A stretch of 59,817 bases of DNA, filler included, from Bipalium vagum (GCA_037834085.1; 3 parts of 3 records of this genome joined end to end with filler, not necessarily neighbours in it), one strand, 5' to 3'; counted from the whole stretch's first letter, positions 13,030 through 27,379 are shown. The notes: generated from the sequence alone by a model not told the origin. Translations and numbers: made by a program.

Positions 13030-14391
13030 ATGCCAGATAGCGAAGCTGAATCTGAAACTGGATCAATGTTAATGTTAAAATATGCGGCGCATCCGAAATT
13101 GCATTGCAGTCGAAAACATAGGAACATTAATAATTTCAGTAATCATTTTGAACTTGAGAATTAAAGAAACTATAGAAATACAAAACCATTAAAAATTACC
13201 ATTCAGAACATCACATGCAATCGTTATCGGAAAATATCGAATCATGTTTTTTCGAAGAGCGAGACAGCAAGAGCACCTTTCAAAAGGTTTTAGAGAACCC
13301 TGAACATATGGAATTTGTCCACTCCTTTTTCAAACTGTCCGAAGAAGAACAGACGAAAATGATTTCGTCGCTCAACACGATCCACGAAGAAATCGAGTAC
13401 GACGACGAGCCGTCAATTTTTATCGATAGTAACAAATGGGCTCTACTCAAAAGATAATTTTCCTTTTACTATCCCAGATTCGATAGTCGACGGAATCCAT
13501 CAGAAAAACGGACTGGGAAACTTGTCAAAGAAGTATATCAAGTTTCTGCAGCGCCAGCATCCACTGGACGTGTTTGAAGACATCGAGAATCAATTACGCC
13601 TCAAGTTCCACGCTACCAATCACAGAGAAGACCACTGGGAGGGCAAGGACTTCACGGGGTACGACCGCTATGTCACCCATATTATCGCTCAATATTTGGG
13701 TCTCGTTTCTGAAAGTCAGTCATAAAATTTTAATCAATTTATTATTTTTGTTATTATATCAATATTATTATTATCTTTTTAGTTCATTTATTTTTTTTAT
13801 TAATTTATAAATACTATTATTATGATTTTATTAAATTAATATTTAATCATTTTTAAAGTACAAATATTTCACAATGTCATGAAATGGGTGATTTTTATTG
13901 GTTAATAATTATCACAATATTTATCTATTTTTATTATTAATTATATTTTTCAGTATTATTATTTAAAAATATAATTGGGTTTTTGAATAATTAATGTATT
14001 TTAAAAATTTATTTGATATTATTTTTTGTAAATCGTTAAATTAACTTTCGATTAATTAATTAAAATTGTTTAATTCAGCAACAGATTTAATGGTTCATTA
14101 ATTATCAGAGAAATGTCATATTCATCACTTAATTTTTTTTTATTGATTATTATTTTAGCGATTTATGTTGTCATAATATTGATTTTCAATTGACCTAATC
14201 TCACTTTTACGTAGAATCTTTTTTTATGATCATCAAATCGGATTCATTGTTAATGACGGAAATATCGTTTAGGTTTTAACAAGGATCGGTCTCGTGTGAT
14301 CCGTGTTTCGAATCGCTCACGGTATTTTAAACCGCCAAAGAATTTTCTCTACCAGGAAATGGAGAACAGTTCCATTTCCCCATTTTCTTAG
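13030..14391 (+). CDS. R3HDM4: R3H domain-containing protein 4-like
   Basis: Exons 13030-13138, 13207-13428, 13478-13714, 14273-14391; phase-consistent. R3H motif YDRYVTHIIAQYLGLVSES and C-terminus RVIRVSNRSRYFKPP resemble R3HDM4. Confidence 0.85.
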
Positions 14392-17300
14392 AAGCAGTAA
14401 TAATTATTGACTACTTGGTTCTTTATCGATGGGCAGTGCTGATCATGGAAATTTAGAATCCGCTTGCGGTCGACATAAAATCAATAATAATAATATTTTT
14501 TATCATATTTATCGATTATTTAAGTATTTATTAGTCTGATGGGATTTTGTTTGAAACTCAAAAATTTTCTTTTCTTATCGTAACGAAAAATCAATGTTTG
14601 AATGATTTAGAAATTCTTTTCCGATTTTTCCGTTGTCGTAAAATTGGGTTTTTTATTCGAAATATATTTACTGTACTTTAATCATCTTTGATATGGGTTT
14701 TTAAAATTGATTTTTTTAAAGGTCAAGAATTATTTTTAGAAAATTAGAAATAAATTTTTAGATGAAAATAGAAGTGAAAAAATAATTTTCTTTATATGAA
14801 GTCATTTGGTTGTTTTTTTAAATCAATAATGATCTGTGGAATGTTATTTTTACTTATGTGTAAATGTTCTAAATAAAGATTTGTTCTATTAACAATTTGA
14901 GTTCTTAAAATATTTACTTTTTTTGATTTCAAATATTCTTTAGCATTTTATAAAAAAAGATCCAACCAATTTGTTTCACGAAATATATAAATAAAAGATT
15001 CAACATGTGCATGAGGAACGAGATATATTTTCTGAGCGGGTATAGTTGATACCATCATATAAATAAATCCTACTTGTTTTCATTGTTCAATTTTTGTACG
15101 TAATACTTCAATACTCATTTAAATTTACTCGTATTCCTTATTCTGTATAACATCTTTGACCTTTTAGCTCTGACTAATTCTTCCACTACTCTTAGGCTTT
15201 ACTCCTCCGTATCTGGTACCTCAAGTTTTTCTAATGTTTTAGTAATCAGTGGTTCTATTGTGTTGATTTTCAATTACATTCATTACAAATATAATATTCC
15301 AAATTTCTGGCCAAAATCTTAAAATAATGAATGATTTTTGAACATAAATTTAGTATTTAAATATAGAAAAATTTTTGATTTAATGAATGAGGATTGAAAC
15401 TTAAATTAGTGTTAATTTTCGATCTATTCATCGGGTATTAATATTAATAAATTGGTGAGCGATCGACGTGATTTAAACTATCAGTTGACATTTGTAAAAT
15501 GTCTTAATTGTGCTAGTTGATTGTGTTAAGTCTTTTAAATGAAGTGGATCAAGTTAAGAGGAGTTCGGTTAGAAGGTTTTTAAAGCATGTTTTAACTATG
15601 ATTTTTAATCGACTAAGATAACAATTTAATACACAAAACTTTATATTAAATGCAATCTGATTTTAGGAATTTAAAAAACAAGAGTGATTGCTATTTCAAA
15701 AATCCTCGTTAAGAAAAATTTCCCCGAGTTTAGGATTAATTAAAAGGAAAGATATCTTTTCGCACTGATAAAATACCAGTGTCTCAAAAGCCCTCAAGGA
15801 TATGTGTAATTAGTGTGTGAACTGCTAAAACAAAAAAGAACTGCTTCTGAAGTGAAGGGAAAACAAAAAAGATTTATTGATTTTAGGGCTAGACCCTAAC
15901 ATTTACTTAAAAGATCTTTAATTATACAATTGTGCAATTCGTTAGAATTACCAATTTGGAATTCGATTTAAACGGAGAAATAGCGACCCAAAGTAGTAAA
16001 GCTTCTTTTGGAAGACCCTGTAGTTATTTAAACATAAAACATTAATGTTAATAATAATATATAAATTATCTCGCCGACGAAATAATAAAAATAGATTTTA
16101 GAATCAATGGGCCATTGGAAGAAATAGTCAGAAGAATTGCCAATAGAAAGAAAAGAATCCCAAATATAGAATCCATCAAAATCTGTATTCGCAACTCAAA
16201 GAAGATTTCCAATTCAAGTATTATTATTGTTCAATATTTAGGATATCAACTTTAACCTAACTCCAACTCAGGTAGAGCAAAATAACAATAATCAGTAAAG
16301 CAATAATTTGTATTTATATCACAAAAGCTCATACAAAATCACAATTATAACAATAAAACAAAATCATCAAACTCAATAAAGGGATCATCAAAAACTATAA
16401 TGTCTCAATTATCTTGGGTAATATCAATATATCAAAACAAAGTGTTAATTGAAAATGTTAAACAATCAATTAATTAAAACAAAAATTATAATAATAATTA
16501 CCAAATGATTAATAGGAATTAATTAAACGTTAAGGAAAAATAATAAACAAAAACAATCTTACAGCTTATCTTCGTTTAAGCTTCCCAAACTACCATCTGA
16601 GCCTTTAAAGTTGTTCAGAGATAGCCCTATGGTAGGGAACTTAAACACAATCCCGGGAATAATTTTAATGACATTAAATGAAAATACTTACTTAATGAAA
16701 AATAGTTAATAATTTTTGGACTAAGAATCGTTGGTAGAAGAACTCTTCGTTAATAATTGGTAAAACTCTTGAAAATCGTCTTTTGTAGAAACTCTGTAAA
16801 ATCATTACTAGTGAAACTCTTGTATATTTTTTCATGGCAAACTATTACTGAAATCTCTGTGCCTTTATAATTTTTCTGATGTTAATCTTGATTTGAGAAT
16901 TACTCTTGAAATAATCTCAAAATCCTAAAAACATCTTTAAAATAATAATAAATAATAATTTTTTTACTTTTTATAATAATTTTTAAAAATAAATAATAAG
17001 TTGATTTCTCTTTCATTGAACACTAGCGATCCGAGAATTCTGTATATTCTGGGGTCCTGTCCCCAGTTGTGTCAAATATGAATGTCGCACATCTATGGTC
17101 CGCCTTCAGTTGAGACATTATTTTCATATTGCTGATATCAATTTCGTTCTTTTCCTTCTTTCGCAGATCGTCCTCTTTATTGATATTTCTCTGTCAATCG
17201 GTGACGTTCACATTGATAAGGATATACTTTCTTAATTTCTCGTTGACTACTTGAAAATATGGTATCAAGTTCTCCAAAGAATCAAATTAGAAATAAAACG

Positions 17301-17399
17301 ATTTTGTTCATAAAATCAGTATTCAATTAATTAAAATAATATTAATTATTGATCTTACTGAATTATTAAGATTACGTAAAATCTTTATAATTCCTTATA

Positions 17400-19200
17400 T
17401 CCCCCTTCAAAGAAATCTCTTCAGCTTTTCCACATTTCTTTCAATCTGCTTACCGTCACAGTTCTGTAGGATGTCTTATTCCGACATTCGGCCTTGATTC
17501 ACACTTCTTCTCCAACATTGAAACTTCTTCTAGTCTCGGTTTTTTCTATGAATTTCCCTTTGATTACGTCACTAATGCGTGGCTCCCAATTTGTTCTTGA
17601 TATTCTTGTACCAAACACAAATTTAGCTGGACTTGTATTTATTGATTTCTGCCATGTGGTGTTCATAGCAAATTCAATCTCTTCGAGTATATCAAACCAA
17701 TCTCTAATTTTCCCCTCTTCTAACGTAGCGTTCGTTAAGTCTCTCATCGTCCGAAACTGTCTCTCAATTTGACCATTCGCATTGTGGTGGTAAGGACTTA
17801 AAAAGCACATCTTCATATTTAGTTTTTCTGCGAATCCTCTCATGCTTCTTGATTCGTAAACTCTCCCGCAGGGTACATGCAGTCATCTCGGGCATCCAAA
17901 TTTCAAGATCCATTCGTTTAATAAAATTTCTTGAATTGTGTTTTCATTTTGTTTCCCAATTGCAACTATAACTACATACTTGCTTCGCTTATCGATTATT
18001 CACAAAACATACCTTTTACGACCCACATATGTCCACGTATATGTCGGCGATTATCTCAATGTCTTGAACCGCTATTACTTCCTCTTTCGTCTTCGATGTC
18101 AGAACTTTATGTTTTTAAGAAGGTCTGCATGACTGAACTGCCTGTTTAATCTTAGTTCTCAAATCTTTGATTCTGAATCTATCTTCTAGGTATCGGTATA
18201 CTTTTTCTGCCCCCACATGTGTTAATTGATTATGCGTCTTCGGATTATTTCCTCTGCTTTTTTCTCACTCATCCAATCATCGTTTACTGTCATCACATTT
18301 AATCTTTTCGTTCGAATCTTTTCCAACTTTGCTTCCTCGTGTTTTGTCTGGCATTGTACGCATGTCGTACATTCTCTTCTTGATAACATATCTGCGTTGC
18401 TACGTAGTTCTCCTTTTCGATATTCCAATTGTATATCTAAGCTACTTATGTAATTTAACCAGTTCTGGAACTGTGCCGTCATCGTTTTTTTGTTTCCAAC
18501 ATGAACGTGATTGCCTTATGATCTGTTCTGAGTAAAAACCTCCTGCCGTATAGATAATGATTAAAATGTTTGCAAAAATAAAAAATTGCCAGTAATTCTT
18601 TTCGTGTGACACAGTATGGCTATTCAGTGAATATGAGCTATTATCATTTCCAGTCCATTTTCATCTATTTGTGCCAATACTGCTCCAAAACTGTCGTCGG
18701 TGTCCAAAACAAATCTCTTCTGTCGGTCCGGAAAGCTCAGAAAAGAACTTTTTGTGATTGCCATCCTTAGGTCTTCAAATGCTTCTTTCGCAGCCTGATT
18801 CTATTCTAACTCTTTGGTATTCATTCCACACATTTTCGAGTGCAACCGCAGATGAGTGCAGCCAATGTCCCATTTTTCGGCCATAAATGTATTTTCGAAC
18901 TCATATATAATTTTCCCTAAAGCTGAATCTTCCGTGATCCCCAATGTCTTCAGTGTTCGTTGTTTTCTCTCGCCTACCTTTATCGTCCTATCAAATCTTG
19001 CTTCAATCCCACACAGATTTTCTTGGTCATAATCCCTCTCATGATGAATTACTTTTCTGCTCTGACTTTGGTAGAAAAAAACCGAATTGTTTCTGTAACT
19101 TAATACCTCCAATGATATCTGGTGTAACCGATTTCACCACAATAAATTTGACCTTTGCTCCCCTGTTGTTAATTTGTGCTTCAATCTCGAACCATTGCAA
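17400..19200 (-). mobile_element. Decayed Ty3/gypsy pol (RT remnant, RNase H, integrase)
   Basis: Integrase core SPYHHNANGQIERQFRT (17499-17843); LEYRKGELRSNADMLSR; RNase H-like ELLAIFYFCKHFNHYLYGRRFLLRTDHK (about 18510-18600). Polypurine tract GAAGGGGGA on the minus strand at about 17400-17408, followed by a probable 3' LTR toward about 17020. Confidence 0.88.
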
Positions 19201-20853
19201 GTTAATAAAAAGTAAAAATTTTCAAAATTTATTATGGAAATTAAAGAATTAGATATAATATTTAAAATTGATACACCATTAAATATTGATCCAAATTTTA
19301 AATATGAATTAGCTTTAATTTTTTTTTCAAATTTGAGTTTATAATAACACACTTTAATCCGCAAGTTAAAATATTAATCAATTGTAATTTTTATTTAGTT
19401 ATCTGAAAATCTTATGACACATACTTAAATATCAACATTACCTTAAAGGTCACAAAATCATATGATGTTTTTCAATCAAACCAACAATTTTTAAAAATAT
19501 TCCTCCTTTTCTACCTCTTTCAGACATATTTTAATCACATAAATTTTAAATCAATTTTTTATAAAATCTTAATTTTGAGTTATTACGTCACTTCCTTTAT
19601 TTTTCATTTACCGATTAGTATTAAGTCAATATATATATATTGTTGTTAAATAATTTTTAAAGTTATTTATTAGAATTATTTATTAACCGTATTAACTCCG
19701 CTATATTTCATTAAGAATTTTAGGGTATTTTGATTTTGTCCTGTTTTCACCAATAAAACTTTTTTATTTTTACGTATATCTTCATTGTTATTTAAATATG
19801 AATATAATAATATTTTTCTTTGATGTAACATTTTTTGTGAAACTAATATAATTTATTAAATTAATTTTCACTTCCCTTTCTATCTAAATTTTCTTTTATA
19901 AAACCTGTTATATTTGATTTTTATCTGGACTTTTTCAAACATAAGGTTTTATTTTATTATTAAATTAACTATTAAAATTATTTATTAACTATAAAAGATA
20001 TGATAAATAATTAAAGTATTTTAATAAGTAATTTTTGTTTTTTTAATGTAAACATTAAATGTGATTACTACCATACATATATCTTAACAGATGTTATTTT
20101 GTTACCAATTATTTATCTTGTGTATTTTTTATGTATACTATCGATTCTGTTTTTCATTTCCAGTTCTATTAAGACCAAAATTATCGGACCATAATCCCAT
20201 TAGATTTTTTAAATGCCTCCTGGAGAAAATTTTTATCTCTCACCAATAAAATTCTTTTGACTTCAATTCATTAGCCGACACTAAAAATAACCTATTCACA
20301 TCCTGGCCGATGAATCCTTCCTTTCATGAGACTGGATTTCCCATGGACAACGTCTTCAACTGATAAATATTAACAATGAAAACATGGAAAACTTTTCACA
20401 ATCATCAGGGACACACTTGATTCCAGATTAGTTTCTTGGAGCACACCTCCATTATAAAAGAAAGAATAAAAATAAATAATATCGAATAAATAACTTTTTC
20501 CACTTTTCAGACAATACATGATTTCAAAATCTTAAAATCGATAAAAGTAGACATTAAAACATACACACAAACACGAGTAAGGCACCTGATCTAAGTATTA
20601 ATAGATCGATATATGTATATAAATATAAAGATGAATTAATTGATAATACTAATATTGATATGCGATATTATTTATAAAGCCTTGTTTTCTAATAAATCAA
20701 TAAATAGCACGATTTCCCGTTTTATGCACAGAGGGAGAAAGAGAAAAAGACAAAGAAATGTTGAGCGAGAGATATTATTTCTCTTTCAATTATATTCATA
20801 GAAATTATAGGTATGTATAAATATACATACGTGCTTATATTCGAGTCTGGCGA

Positions 20854-23800
20854 TTACGAAGTCGGTTTATTGATGTATTGATCTAAAATGAGATTTCCGT
20901 TTTTATCCTTTACTCTCATTCGACCTGACGAATAACACGTTTCCTGACTGCCGTCTGGATAAACGGTTTTCGTAGTTCCATCGGGATAAATCCTTTTCTG
21001 AAATAGGACATAAAAAATAGTAATCGATAAGAATAATAATATTGATAATAGTAATAAATAAAAATCATAATAATATAATTTTTAAAAAATAAATGAAATA
21101 ATAAGAAAAAATATAATAATAATAACAATAATAATGATAAAGATAAATAACAAAAATTAGAAAATTAAATAAAATTATAAAATAAATGTGCTTTTGAAGA
21201 GAGAAAAATATCAATTTAAAAACAAATATTGATAAAACTGAAATAAAAAACGATGATAATACAAAATATATAAAAATGAAATAATAATAACTTTTTATAA
21301 TAATTATAAAAAGTAAAATGAAAAAAAATATTGAAAAAATGAAAATAATAAAACATAAAAAAAGAAATGATAACAAAATAAAATAGTAATAATAATGAAA
21401 ATCAAAAAAATTAATATAAAATAAATAGTAATGATAAAAGAAAAATATTTCTAAAAAAATGAATAAGAATAAAAAATATTTAAAATTATTATAATAATAA
21501 GAACTCCAAAAAAAATAATATAGTTTTTTACGGGAAAACATAAATATTAATAAAATAGTTCACATAATAAAACAATAATTTAAGTTTAAAATTTAGCAAA
21601 TCAATATTTATCCACGATACATCAAAGAATTTAAATTTAAGAAAAGCATGAAAAAAAGAAAAAATAATATTAACTGATATTTAAATAATTAAAATAAATA
21701 AATATTGATATTGGGAAGGGAGAAAGAGAAAAACGCTTAGTCCCTCGACGAACCTTGACGCCGTTGGAGTGAATTTCCCTTTGTCCGTTGGGAAGTGATA
21801 TTTCCTTGTCTCCGTTCGGCTGGATACGAATCACAAGACCATTCGGAAGAAAGGTTTCTTCGCTGGAATCTGGATGCAAGATTTTTATTGATTTATCTGG
21901 AAAATATATTTCTCTGATTCCGCTCGGGTGAATGACTTCTTTGTGACCACTGACAATAAAATGAAAAAGCACGGGTGAAAAATATCGATTAAATAGATTG
22001 GTTACTTTTTATAAAGAATCTCTTCCTTTCCATTCAAATAAGTCGTTTGTGTACTTTCGTCTTGAGCGTAAAAATATATCTAGACTTGTAAATTGTCGAT
22101 CAATCAATATAAAAAAGATTATTAATAATTGAAATAATAAAAGAAAAGTGTTTTTTATTTACAAAATATTATTATTTTAAAAACAAAAATAAAATTATTT
22201 AATGTAATCTTAAAAATATCAATTGAAATAAATCAAGAATAAAACCCAACTTAACAAAAGCTGATAGTTAAGTTCTCATTGGTCAATTGATTGTAAAATA
22301 TATTTTCAATAATATAAAATTAATATAATATCAATAATCAATTTTCCTTTCTTTAAAATTATTGTGTTGTGTTTTTCTTGTAGTGGTGTTGAGACTAGAG
22401 AGTGGCAGGGAGTCCAGAAGCCGGACGAATCTATCTGAGACCGTAAGACGTGTTTGTGTTTCTTGGTGCAAATAAGATTACATAACACTTACAGAACATG
22501 ATTGTAATGGTTTCTTTAGAAACATGTTAAAAGAATAAAATAAATTTAATAAATTTAATAAATTTAATAAATATTCTTCAACCTTTTTGATTAAACCTGC
22601 AAAAATTTTTTAAAAGTAGGAAATTGTTGGATTTTCCAAAGACACAAACCGTAAAGATGGTAAATGGTAATAATAATAATATTAATTAAAAATTTTTTTA
22701 ATTTTTGAGAAATAACAAAATATCATCGTCGAGCTTTTGATATATTAGGGTGATTTAAATTTAACTTAGGGAGTATGTCCCGTCGTGGAGACTAGATTTT
22801 AATTAATTTTTTTTTATCAAACTCCGTCTCTATGCGTATGGATTGGTGACCGTAGACCAATTTCTACGTCTATATAATGAGAGATATTCCCAGAAATTCG
22901 CCCAGAACGAGTACAAAAAATAAATTGCGTTAAAGATTGATAGTTGCTGAAAAATTGCGTTGAGGATTTGCTATTACAGACTAATTATTTATGAGGATTC
23001 ATTGGTTCAAGTAATTTTATTTTCTTTGATAATGACCAAGAAGCTTGATTTGAAAAGGGGACCCAGTGTGTTTGGGAATCCATAGGCGACCTGAAAAGGG
23101 CCTAGTAGACGACCCGGGGATCCCTTGTCGCTTCGAGTGAGAGTATTATTAAATCTTTGTGTTTTTTCTTTGTTTTCCTTTTTAATAATAATTCATACTA
23201 AATTTTGACATTAACATTTATTTAGTGTATTTTACTATATATTATTTCATTTGGTTCGAAATTTTATCATATTCTGTGCGAACCTCTGATTGATTTTGTG
23301 ATAGTAACATTTCAGATATTTGATCTTTCTGTATAGTTAACGGGACTGTGTTGTACGACGTTTGATTTATTTTTAATTAAAGTTTTTTTGTGATTTCTTT
23401 GATTCAATTAGGGTGAGGATAAAAAATTATTTTGAGGTCTTGATTCAAATTGAGTGTAACTTCATGCAGCTACAATATTAAAACTGTAGAGTTATTGATT
23501 GATGAACGAAAGTTACTTTGATAAATTATAATATTAACAAAAAGTTCATTATCACAACGTTTTACTTTATTATCTCAGAATAGGGGAAAATGCACTCAAG
23601 CACCCAAAAAATTATGTGACATATATTGCAATAAAGCTATAAAAATTGATTTTCACAAGTTTTTGGAGATTTTCTTTTAAAGGTGAACCACATGTTGGTC
23701 GTTCATTACACGTTTCTAACGAACAAATCGAAACAATAATAGAAATGGATAGACACCTGGAAAAGTGTCAGGTAGAACAAGAACTTAATTTTGGATATAC

Positions 23801-26800
23801 TTGCATAGAAAAGCGATTAAAAAACTGGAATATTGGGAAAAATTTGATTTATGGAGTGTATAATCTTAAGGAAATTAACCTAACATAGGCATTAACATTT
23901 GCAATTTACCTCGGAAAAGCTACAAAACAGATTCATTTCTGAAATGATTACTAACTGGAGATGAGAAATGGATTCGTTATGTTAATGTAAGTAGAAAAAG
24001 ATCGTGGTGCAAGAAAGATGGGTCAGCACAAATAAGAGCCAAAAGAGGGATTGTTATTCTTTTCGAAATTTATCTTTTTATTTTAGTAAAAAAAATGCAA
24101 TTACTTAGTTGCCAACCCAATAATAACAAGAATCAATACACACTGAATTTTGGAATATGTTGTATCGGACATTATTTTCGTACTGCTAATGATTGGTGTG
24201 AGTATTTACAATAAAAATTATATTTCGAAAGTCAATCTCTGATTTCGGTTTATTGATCTTTTTAAAATATTTTTTAGAAAGTAATGATTTTTACGAATGT
24301 CGATAATAATCAATAATGAAAACAAAAAAAACCGAACCACACGTCCGTCGGGAGTGATCTGTTTGATATCTCCGTTGTACAAATGTACAACAATGAATTT
24401 ACTGTCACCCGATATTTGTTTCAACGAACCATTCGGATATGCAACATCGATCCCACCGTTCATGTAAATCCGTTCTATCTGCAAAAAGTTATTTTCAGTT
24501 CATTGAAACAAGAAAAAAAATCAGTCATTTTAAATTTTCAAAAAACAAGGCTATTTTAAAGTTATAAATAAAATAATAATAGTAAAAAATAAGAAAATTG
24601 AGAATTGGTAAAGTAGAAAAGCTTACAATTCCATCAGGATGATGAATTTCTTCTTTGACAATGTCATTAGACCGATCGATTTTAGTGATATCCGACGATG
24701 TTGGATGATGATGATTATGGACCACTGATTCTGGACAGTTTTGAGAAAGGTGGTTCAACAAACCACCAGCAATACTGGCGCCGGGTACGACTTTATTGGA
24801 ACTGAATCACAAAATCGATATAAATTAATCAATCATTCAACAAACATATATCGATCAAGTGGTGAAGTGAGTGGTGCGACGTACTTAAGCTCCACAGATC
24901 CGCTTTCTTCTTCTCCCGTGTAATAGTCGCTGGCCACACTTCCTCTGATATTGGCAGCGCCATTTTCATCTGAAAACGGATTTTCGATGGTTTTGGTCGA
25001 CCGTGCACCGTTTTTTGCACCGTTATTTGCACCACTATTGACGATATTATTGATTTTGGTGTTTGGTTTCTTAGTCTGACTGGAAATCTTGATTGCCGAA
25101 TTCTGAGGATACTTATGTGGACCGTTACCGTTGTCGTCTTTTGATGTGGCGACTGCCGAAGAAGCCGACGTCGACGACAAAGATGAGCCAATGGGAATGT
25201 TGGAATGTTTCATGGAAACGGCTTGTGAAACGGATGTGACGGTGGGTTTCTAAATTTGATGCCAATTAATTAAGAGAAGAAAAATGAAGGAGAGGAGAGA
25301 AAAGAAAGAAAAATCAGTAAGGAGAATAAAGAAAGCAAAGAAAAAGGTAAAATATTAAAAAGGAATAGAATTAATAACATAAAGAGAAAAAATAAGAGAG
25401 GAATTAATATAGGAAAATATAAATAGGAGAGAGAGATGGTACGGATAAGAAAATGACAATATTTTTTAAGAATAAATATTAAAAAATAAAAGGAAGAACA
25501 CAGAAAAAATAGAGAAAAATGAGAAAGAGAAAAATTAATAGAGAAAATGGAATACAATAAATGGACATAAAAAATGAAAGCAAGTAGTATAAAATAAAGG
25601 TTATAAAAAAGAGAAAGAGTAAAAGAAAATGTTTTAATATTTTAAATTTTGAAAGAATAGGAAATGTGAAAAACAGAAGGAATACAAATTGGAAAGATAT
25701 AAATATTTAAGAAGTAAAAAGTGAAAAACTAAATATAATGGAAATAAAAAATTTAAAAAGATAGAATTTGATTAAGAAAAAAATCAATGGGAGAATCAAG
25801 AAAGAAAGAAAAAGGAATAAAGAACAACAAATAAAGCAAAATTTGAAAAGAAAGAGGGAGTAAAGGAAGATGATAAAAGAAAATATAAAGGTGGAAGGTG
25901 CAATTTTTAGGAATAAAGGCGATTGAGAAAGAATGGATAAGAAAACAGATGTAAAAGTTTAAAATGACGATAATGTTAAAGAAAAAAATATGGAAAAAGG
26001 CTCCTGAATAAAGAGAAATAGAAAATAGAGGAGGATGTCGATTCTGAAAAGAGTAAAGTAAAGAAAGAAGAAAATGTTTTCAACCGGTCTGTTAGTGGAG
26101 CTCGTTGCTTCGGTTTTTGCCTTTGAATGGTTGGAATTGGTATTAGAAATCAGTTGCGACTGTAATTGCAATCGCTTCTGCTCCAAAGCATGAATCCTTG
26201 AATGCATCTCTGAATTTTCCGTTTCCAACTGCTCGACCTTCTGTTTCAGTCGGCTGGTTGCGGCTTGCCACCTGGCATCTTTGTTTGTCATTTCGTCTTG
26301 CAACTTCTCAATCTGTGCAAAGGTTAAAAAAAATCGATAATTGAACGGTCATATCCATCGGTTTTCAAAATCAGAATAAACCGACCTCAGCTTTCAAAGT
26401 TTCTATCTCCTGTCGATCTTTCTTGTTGGGCATATTTTTCATGGCTTCTTGAAAGTCTTCGAAAACCTTTCGTTCTTTTCTGTTGAGAAAATTACACAAA
26501 AGATGTTATTTTAACAAAATAATTTAATTTATTACTTCAACTTTTTCGTTTCATTCAGTTTGTACTCCTCAAATCTCTTCATCTCTTCTTCTCGGTACTT
26601 CTTGAACGAATTCATTTCTTCTTCCAGTCTTTTCAATCCCTGAAAATTGATAAACAAATCAAGTACTTCTCAGCAACTGTTCACAAATTAGTCTCCATTT
26701 CACTTACATCCTTTTTCTCTGCTTTCAGCTTTTCAATTTCTTCATTTTCACTCTTAAATCGTTTAACTTCACTCTCCAAAAGGTGCACCCACTGCTTCAA

Positions 26801-26845
26801 TTTCGCTGATTGAAGAGCGATGTTGTCATCAGGATTCGATTGAGT
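20854..26845 (-). CDS. CENPJ: Centromere protein J / SAS-4 (CPAP), C-terminal part: coiled coil plus TCP10 G-box domain; 5' end missing
   Basis: Minus exons 26845-26708, 26639-26536, 26479-26386, 26312-26085, 25249-24885, 24801-24627, 24478-24338, 22079-22006, 21949-21754, 20997-20854; all phases consistent. [26 protein letters not shown], and G-box repeats ending [39 protein letters not shown]. Confidence 0.93.
22379..22465 (+). repeat. Dispersed repeat copy A (related to 36587-36675), probably an LTR family
   Basis: TGTAGTG..TTGAGACT.GAGAGTGGCA....CAG.AGCC....GAATC........AGACGTGTTTGTG is shared with 36587-36675. Confidence 0.6.
22740..23249 (+). mobile_element. Putative LTR-like sequence in a CENPJ intron (boundaries approximate)
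   Basis: ATTGG box, TATATAA (about 22870), ends in ...TTTCA followed by TTTGGTTCGA (PBS-like position). Confidence 0.35.
23500..24122 (+). mobile_element. Decayed mariner element in a CENPJ intron
   Basis: [20 protein letters not shown] motif at about 23955-24015. The right end GCAATTACTTAGTTGCCAACCCAA-TA is a typical mariner TIR. Confidence 0.8.
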
Positions 26846-26900
26846 CTTGATAGAAACGAAATGGAAATTAAGTTTTTTTGTTCAAACTTACAGGATTTTA

Positions 26901-26901
<1 letters not shown>

Positions 26902-26970
<69 letters not shown>
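26902..26970. repeat. (TAT)n microsatellite abutting an assembly gap
   Basis: Perfect TAT repeats running into the N-run. Confidence 0.95.
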
Positions 26971-27070
26971 NNNNNNNNNNNNNNNNNNNNNNNNNNNNNN
27001 NNNNNNNNNNNNNNTTAATTAATTAANNNNNNNNNNNNNNNNNNNNNNNNNNNNNNNNNNNNNNNNNNNN
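26971..27070. other. Assembly gap (44 N + TTAATTAATTAA linker + 44 N)
   Basis: Fixed 100-nt spacer with a six-frame-stop palindrome at 27015-27026. Confidence 0.95.
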
Positions 27071-27379
27071 ATTATTATAATCAGTCAGTTCTAGGTCAAA
27101 GGCAATTATGAATAATATGATAATGCCATTGAGCCTTGAGTGTAATAACCAATATTTTTAGTACGGATCAAATTAAAACACATAAATTAACTGCGAAAAT
27201 AATAAATAATATTCGGTTCATGAATTAATTCTGATCATGTATTATTACAAAATGAAACATGGTGTACCTATTACGATCACACGTACAAAAATAAGGCTAA
27301 TTATCACTTGAAAATTGAATTTTGCCAAAATTGGACATGTTATAAAACCTTTTTCTTTGGTCTTCGGGAGAGGTTCTTG

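Noticed and set aside
20390-20420. CTGATGA..GAAA hammerhead-like core on the minus strand
   Set aside because: No complementary stem I partner or proper stem III and cleavage triplet.
21065-21541. 158-aa Phe/Tyr/Ile-rich ORF (likewise 25270-25557 and 20916-21128)
   Set aside because: Low-complexity T-rich CENPJ intron sequence; a compositional artefact.
27015-27026. TTAATTAATTAA palindrome inside N-runs (also 43536-43547)
   Set aside because: Identical 44N-12-44N layout twice; an artificial scaffolding linker with stops in six frames, not biology.
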